Below, in pieces: positions 59,696 through 64,000 of a stretch of 64,000 bases of DNA. Numbering within the stretch: the first letter of the stretch is position 1; each line of letters opens with the position of its first letter. The position numbers and the translations under genes are program-made. The notes below the pieces were generated by a model. That model worked only from the letters and a program-made list of their open reading frames with translations, was not told where the DNA came from and did no database searches. The stretch comes from Candidatus Sulfomarinibacteraceae bacterium (GTDB taxonomy: Bacteria > Acidobacteriota > Thermoanaerobaculia > Thermoanaerobaculales > Sulfomarinibacteraceae). The stretch spans positions 96,001-160,000 of the forward strand of contig CAWCLO010000001.1 in NCBI GenBank assembly GCA_963796455.1. The letters are read 5' to 3'.

Positions 59696-62338
59696 ATGAA
59701 AGAGTCAATTGGCCACCACGCCCAGATCTCCGCGAAATGCTGGTGCGCATCGGTTCTGGTTCTTCTCACGCTGACCGCCGCCAACACCGGCGCCACCAAT
59801 GTGCCGTTGATCTTCGCCGATGGATTTGCTTCCGGCGACACCTGCGCCTGGGGCGGCACTTGCGCCGATCCGGCTGTTGTCGACGGCGTATGGATCGGGA
59901 CGCTGGATTTTGACGGCACCGTGCGCCCGATCACCATCCAACTCTCGCAACGCGGCGATGGCAGGGTGATGGGCTACCTGCTCGGCGGCACCTCCAAAAG
60001 GATTGTCGTCGACGGTGAGTACGCAGCCGGAACCCTCGACCTCCGGCTGGGTTTCCAACGGGTCGACTCTGCCGACTGGGTGCGGATGGTGGGCCCAGTT
60101 GCCGGGGCGGTGTGGACGGGGACCGCGACAACCAGTCTCGGTCCGCAGGCATTTTCATTTCAGATGTGGCCCGGAGTTGTCCACGAACGACGCTACATTT
60201 TTGCCGACTCGGCTCTCGGCGAGGACGCCAACCAGGAAATGGGAGTCGCCCTGTCCGACACGGGGGTCTTTCTCAGCGGTGGTTTCTCGGGACCAACGAG
60301 CTGCCTGCTGTGGGCCTGCGATGGCGGACTGAGCTCATTTGCGGAGACCCCCGACACGATCACCTTCGGTCTCGAAACCTCCGGCGGCTGTTCCACAGGA
60401 TCTACCGCAACTGTGGTTTACAACCCGACCCAGGGCTATTTCGAGGGCAGCTACAGTTTCACCGATTGTGCCGGGACCGCCACCGGGAGCGTCGCCTCTG
60501 GACCGGTTTACGGGACCCGCAGCGACCACGTCGCACAGATCCTCAGCCGGCTCGGGAGCGTTGCCGACGAGTTCGAAGGAATCGACTCTTTTGTCGTGCC
60601 CCACCCGGCCTTTGCCGATGACTACCTCCACAACGGAGACAGCCTGACCGATCTCTTCAATTCCTGGAACTCCATGAGGGCCGGCCATGCGTCCATCGAA
60701 TTGTGGGTCGAGGAGACCCGGCAGATCACGACCGTCGAGGTGGCGCGAGCGGTCGAGAATTTTGCGATCGAGGATGGCGCCGTCTTCGAACTTTATGGCG
60801 TTGGTGAGCCGGATGACGGCTCCAAGGCCATTACCATTTACTACGACACAGTTGGCGACATCCTTTTCAACCCAGCCCACAATCCGATGCGGGTATGGGA
60901 GGAGATTGACGGCCAGTGGCTGATCTCGGGCAACCGCGAACCGGCGCTTGATCTGCCCTGGGAGTGGGCCATGTCGGGTGGCGGCGACCGCCTCGATTCC
61001 CCCACCGCCGGGAACCCGGTCCACATTTCTCTCGGCGTCTACGGGGGCCACTTCACACCCCACACCGGTCACGCCTTTGGAGACACCAAATCGAATTTCG
61101 TGGCCTATCTGCCCGCAAACGACAGCGAAATGTCCGAACTCCTCGGTGACGCCATCGGCGACGACGACGGGTTCTGCGAACCCGGCGAAGAATGTGCCTA
61201 CTACGGCGGTCTCACCGGAGACGGAACGTGTGCAGTGGACGGATGTCTGGTGCGCGACCGGACGCCCGTCTATCTCGCCCCGCAATCCGGCACGGTCAGC
61301 TATATCGAATTCCAGGAAGGACCCAGCGGAGACTATTTCGACAATCCTCCGCAATGGGTGGTGGAACTCCGTTTCGCCAGCGGGATCGTCTATCGCTTGG
61401 TGCACGTGGCGGCATTCGCGTCCGAATTTTCCGTGAAGGTGGCGGCGGCGACCGGGTGTGATCCCGAGGATTGGGCCGATTGTGGGCTGAGTAACGGCCA
61501 GGTCATTCTCGATGAAGGCGCGGGTGATCCCCCGATTCCTGTTGCCGTAGACGAGGCCATCGCCCACCCACAGATCATGGCAGCGCCCGTTCCCGGCCAC
61601 CCCGGCTACTACCTCGGCAACGGGACCTTCCCCGACTACCCGTGGGCGCAGATGGAGATCTTTGCCCGCGGGACCTTCGATCTCACAGGATACAAATTTT
61701 GTATCTACAACGCTTTGGCCGACGAAAGGTTCAGCACGCTCGAGTCGGCGCTGACGGTGGATGTCAGCAATCCGAACTCGCAGCGCTACGCTCTCGGTTT
61801 CTCACCACCGCAGTGGCAATGGGGCGCCGAGACGGCCCTCTGCAACGAGCAGGATCTGGAGCCCTTTTTCTCCAACAGCCTGACCTCGCGGCTCGGTGGG
61901 TGGTTTGAGAGGGACGAGTCGGCGACGACTCCCGACGAGATCATGGGGTGGGTGCCCATCAACAAGGAAGGGCCCGGTTATGACGCGAGCCTCTACGATC
62001 CATCGAATCCCGACGCGCTGATCATCCGTCAACGCTCGAGCGGTGGCGGTACCTTCTCCTGGCTGATGCCGGATGGCAGCACCGTCACTCCGGTTTTTGC
62101 CTCCGCCGAGGTCCTTGATGTCACCGACGACTCGATGCTCCTGATGTGGCGCGACATCGGTTACACGGCGGGCAACATTCCCGTTTACCAGCGCACCTCC
62201 TATGAGCAGGTCGCACAGGAGCTGACGATCAAATGGGGGGCCTTCGGAGCGACACCGGCGTCGACACCACACGTCTTCCTCGAACCCGGAGACACCTGCA
62301 ACGACACGACGGTGATCTGCTACGACAACGAGGAGTAA
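59696..62338 (+). CDS. Large secreted Cys/Asp-rich protein of unknown function
   Basis: RBS GGAGG + ATG; signal peptide; IFADGFASGDTCAW directly after it; DDDGFCEPGEEC; M23-like APQSGTV...YRLVHV segment. Confidence 0.7.
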   Translation: MKESIGHHAQISAKCWCASVLVLLTLTAANTGATNVPLIFADGFASGDTCAWGGTCADPAVVDGVWIGTLDFDGTVRPITIQLSQRGDGRVMGYLLGGTSKRIVVDGEYAAGTLDLRLGFQRVDSADWVRMVGPVAGAVWTGTATTSLGPQAFSFQMWPGVVHERRYIFADSALGEDANQEMGVALSDTGVFLSGGFSGPTSCLLWACDGGLSSFAETPDTITFGLETSGGCSTGSTATVVYNPTQGYFEGSYSFTDCAGTATGSVASGPVYGTRSDHVAQILSRLGSVADEFEGIDSFVVPHPAFADDYLHNGDSLTDLFNSWNSMRAGHASIELWVEETRQITTVEVARAVENFAIEDGAVFELYGVGEPDDGSKAITIYYDTVGDILFNPAHNPMRVWEEIDGQWLISGNREPALDLPWEWAMSGGGDRLDSPTAGNPVHISLGVYGGHFTPHTGHAFGDTKSNFVAYLPANDSEMSELLGDAIGDDDGFCEPGEECAYYGGLTGDGTCAVDGCLVRDRTPVYLAPQSGTVSYIEFQEGPSGDYFDNPPQWVVELRFASGIVYRLVHVAAFASEFSVKVAAATGCDPEDWADCGLSNGQVILDEGAGDPPIPVAVDEAIAHPQIMAAPVPGHPGYYLGNGTFPDYPWAQMEIFARGTFDLTGYKFCIYNALADERFSTLESALTVDVSNPNSQRYALGFSPPQWQWGAETALCNEQDLEPFFSNSLTSRLGGWFERDESATTPDEIMGWVPINKEGPGYDASLYDPSNPDALIIRQRSSGGGTFSWLMPDGSTVTPVFASAEVLDVTDDSMLLMWRDIGYTAGNIPVYQRTSYEQVAQELTIKWGAFGATPASTPHVFLEPGDTCNDTTVICYDNEE

Positions 62339-62436
62339 CTCGGCTTCGAAAAGTCTTTTCACCCCGGGTCAAGGGAATACCGAAGGCGAAACTCCGCCAC
62401 CCGTTTCGCGGCCGTTCCGTGTATCCTCTGCGCGGC

Positions 62437-64000
62437 ATGGCACCGCTGATCACCGCACGCGAACTGACCCGGTCGCATGGGCATCGAACACTGTTCGAAG
62501 GGCTGAGCCTGACCATCGCCGAGGGCGACCGCATTGGAGTGATCGGGCCCAACGGCGCCGGGAAAACGACACTGCTGCGCATTCTTTCCGGTGATGAATT
62601 GCCCGACGCAGGCGAGGTCCACCGCCGCAAGGGCTTGCGGGTGGCCACTGTGACCCAGGAGGATGTCTTCGAACCGGAAGCCACCGTGATCGATATTGCG
62701 GCCGGCAGCGCGGCTTTCGACCCGAAGGGGACGGAAGACGAGACCGACGCCCAGGTCCGGGTTGCCATCGCGCTCGAACAACTCGGTTTCCGATCACCCG
62801 GGCAAAAGGTCGGCGAGTTATCTGGAGGTTGGCGCAAACGGCTTTCAATCGCCGCCGCCCTTGCCGCCGACCCAGAGATTCTCCTACTCGACGAGCCAAC
62901 CAATCACCTCGATCTGGACGGCATTCTCTGGCTCGAGAAGATGCTGCTTTCGAGCCGGTTGCTGGCCTACATCGTCATCACCCACGACCGGAGTTTTCTC
63001 GACCGTGTTGCCAATCGTGTGGTCGAGGTAGCGCCGCAATACCCCGGCGGCTCCTTTTCCGCCTCCGGCAGCTACACGACCTTTCTGGAGAAACGAGCCC
63101 AATACCTGGAGGCGCGGGCCCAGTACCGCGATAGCCTCGCCAACCGGGTACGGCGGGAGCTCGAATGGCTCGGGCGCGGCCCCAAGGCACGGACCACCAA
63201 GGCCCAGGCACGGATCGACCAGGCCGATCGTCTGATGAGTGATCTCGCCCAGGTCCGGGCCGAGTTGGCCACCTCCCAGGTCGGTATCGAAATGAGCGCT
63301 TCGGGCCGGCGCACCAAACGGTTGCTGGTGGCTTCGGGGGTCGACAAGTCATTTGGCGAAAATCAGCTCTTGAAAAACCTCGACCTCGTTTTACAGCCGG
63401 GCCAGCGGCTCGGTGTGGTGGGCTCCAATGGCAGCGGCAAGAGCACCCTGCTCAAAATCCTTGCCGGCGATCTCGAGCCCGACAACGGCATCATCCGCCG
63501 TGCCGAACACCTCCAGGTGGTGCACTTCGATCAGGCCCGGACGCAGCTCGACCAGACCCTCCCACTCCGCCGCGCCCTGGCGCCGGAGGGAGACACAGTG
63601 GTCTACCGTGAACGCGAGGTCCACGTGGTGACCTGGGCCCGCCGTTTCCAATTTCGCGATGATCAACTCGACCAACCGGTCAGCGAACTGTCCGGCGGCG
63701 AACAGGCGCGCGTCCATATCGCCCGCCTGATGCTCCAACCCGCCGACCTCCTCCTGCTCGACGAACCGACGAACGACCTCGACATCCCGACCCTCGAGGT
63801 GCTCGAGGAGGGCCTGCTCGACTTTCCGGGAGCATTGGTGTTGGTCTCGCACGACCGCTATCTGCTGGATCGAGTGAGCTCGGTGCTGCTTGGTCTCGAC
63901 GGGAGCGGCACTGCGACTCCCTTCGCCGACGTCGAACAGTGGCTTGGACACCGCACACCGGCAAAAGCCGCGCCACGACGAACACAGTTCAAACGACCTC
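62437..64000 (+). CDS. uup: ABC-F family ATPase (Uup-like), truncated by the window end
   Basis: Manual translation: MAPLITARELTRSHG...GPNGAGKTT, LSGGWRKR, LLLDEPTNHLD, GPKARTTK, second GSNGSGKST, LSGGEQAR, DEPTNDLD. Confidence 0.88.
   Translation, partial: MAPLITARELTRSHGHRTLFEGLSLTIAEGDRIGVIGPNGAGKTTLLRILSGDELPDAGEVHRRKGLRVATVTQEDVFEPEATVIDIAAGSAAFDPKGTEDETDAQVRVAIALEQLGFRSPGQKVGELSGGWRKRLSIAAALAADPEILLLDEPTNHLDLDGILWLEKMLLSSRLLAYIVITHDRSFLDRVANRVVEVAPQYPGGSFSASGSYTTFLEKRAQYLEARAQYRDSLANRVRRELEWLGRGPKARTTKAQARIDQADRLMSDLAQVRAELATSQVGIEMSASGRRTKRLLVASGVDKSFGENQLLKNLDLVLQPGQRLGVVGSNGSGKSTLLKILAGDLEPDNGIIRRAEHLQVVHFDQARTQLDQTLPLRRALAPEGDTVVYREREVHVVTWARRFQFRDDQLDQPVSELSGGEQARVHIARLMLQPADLLLLDEPTNDLDIPTLEVLEEGLLDFPGALVLVSHDRYLLDRVSSVLLGLDGSGTATPFADVEQWLGHRTPAKAAPRRTQFKRP

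Overview
GC-rich bacterial window, probably Acidobacteriota (Thermoanaerobaculia-like; inferred from the Acidobacterial-type VWA gene and overall gene content, not from a marker gene). It holds about 40 genes: surE-pcm-yqaA-acyP; iorA-iorB-ADP-forming acyl-CoA synthetase; PPIases; cardiolipin synthase; many exported peptidases (M1, PA-domain, S41 tricorn-like, M13, S9); a vWA / VIT-vWA / Gram-negative-type sortase locus; and a five-gene operon of two B12-binding radical SAM enzymes, two GNAT-like proteins and a GH3-type adenylating ligase. The most striking non-coding signal is a dispersed element family. One complete copy (~32309-33125) carries a four-helix-bundle (23S rRNA-IVP/bAvd-like) gene whose RBS is locked in a long nested hairpin, flanked by complementary CAGCGR / YCGCTG hexamer arrays. 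Two further copies (~11184-11708, ~57520-57864) each lost most of the gene by a different microhomology-bounded deletion. These sit among other stacked intergenic repeats (a ~120-bp REP-like palindrome pair; 6-, 7-, 8- and 9-mer arrays). About six apparent single-base frameshifts in otherwise well-conserved reading frames suggest consensus errors. No rRNA, tRNA or CRISPR array was seen. All product calls are from motif recognition by eye, not database searches.
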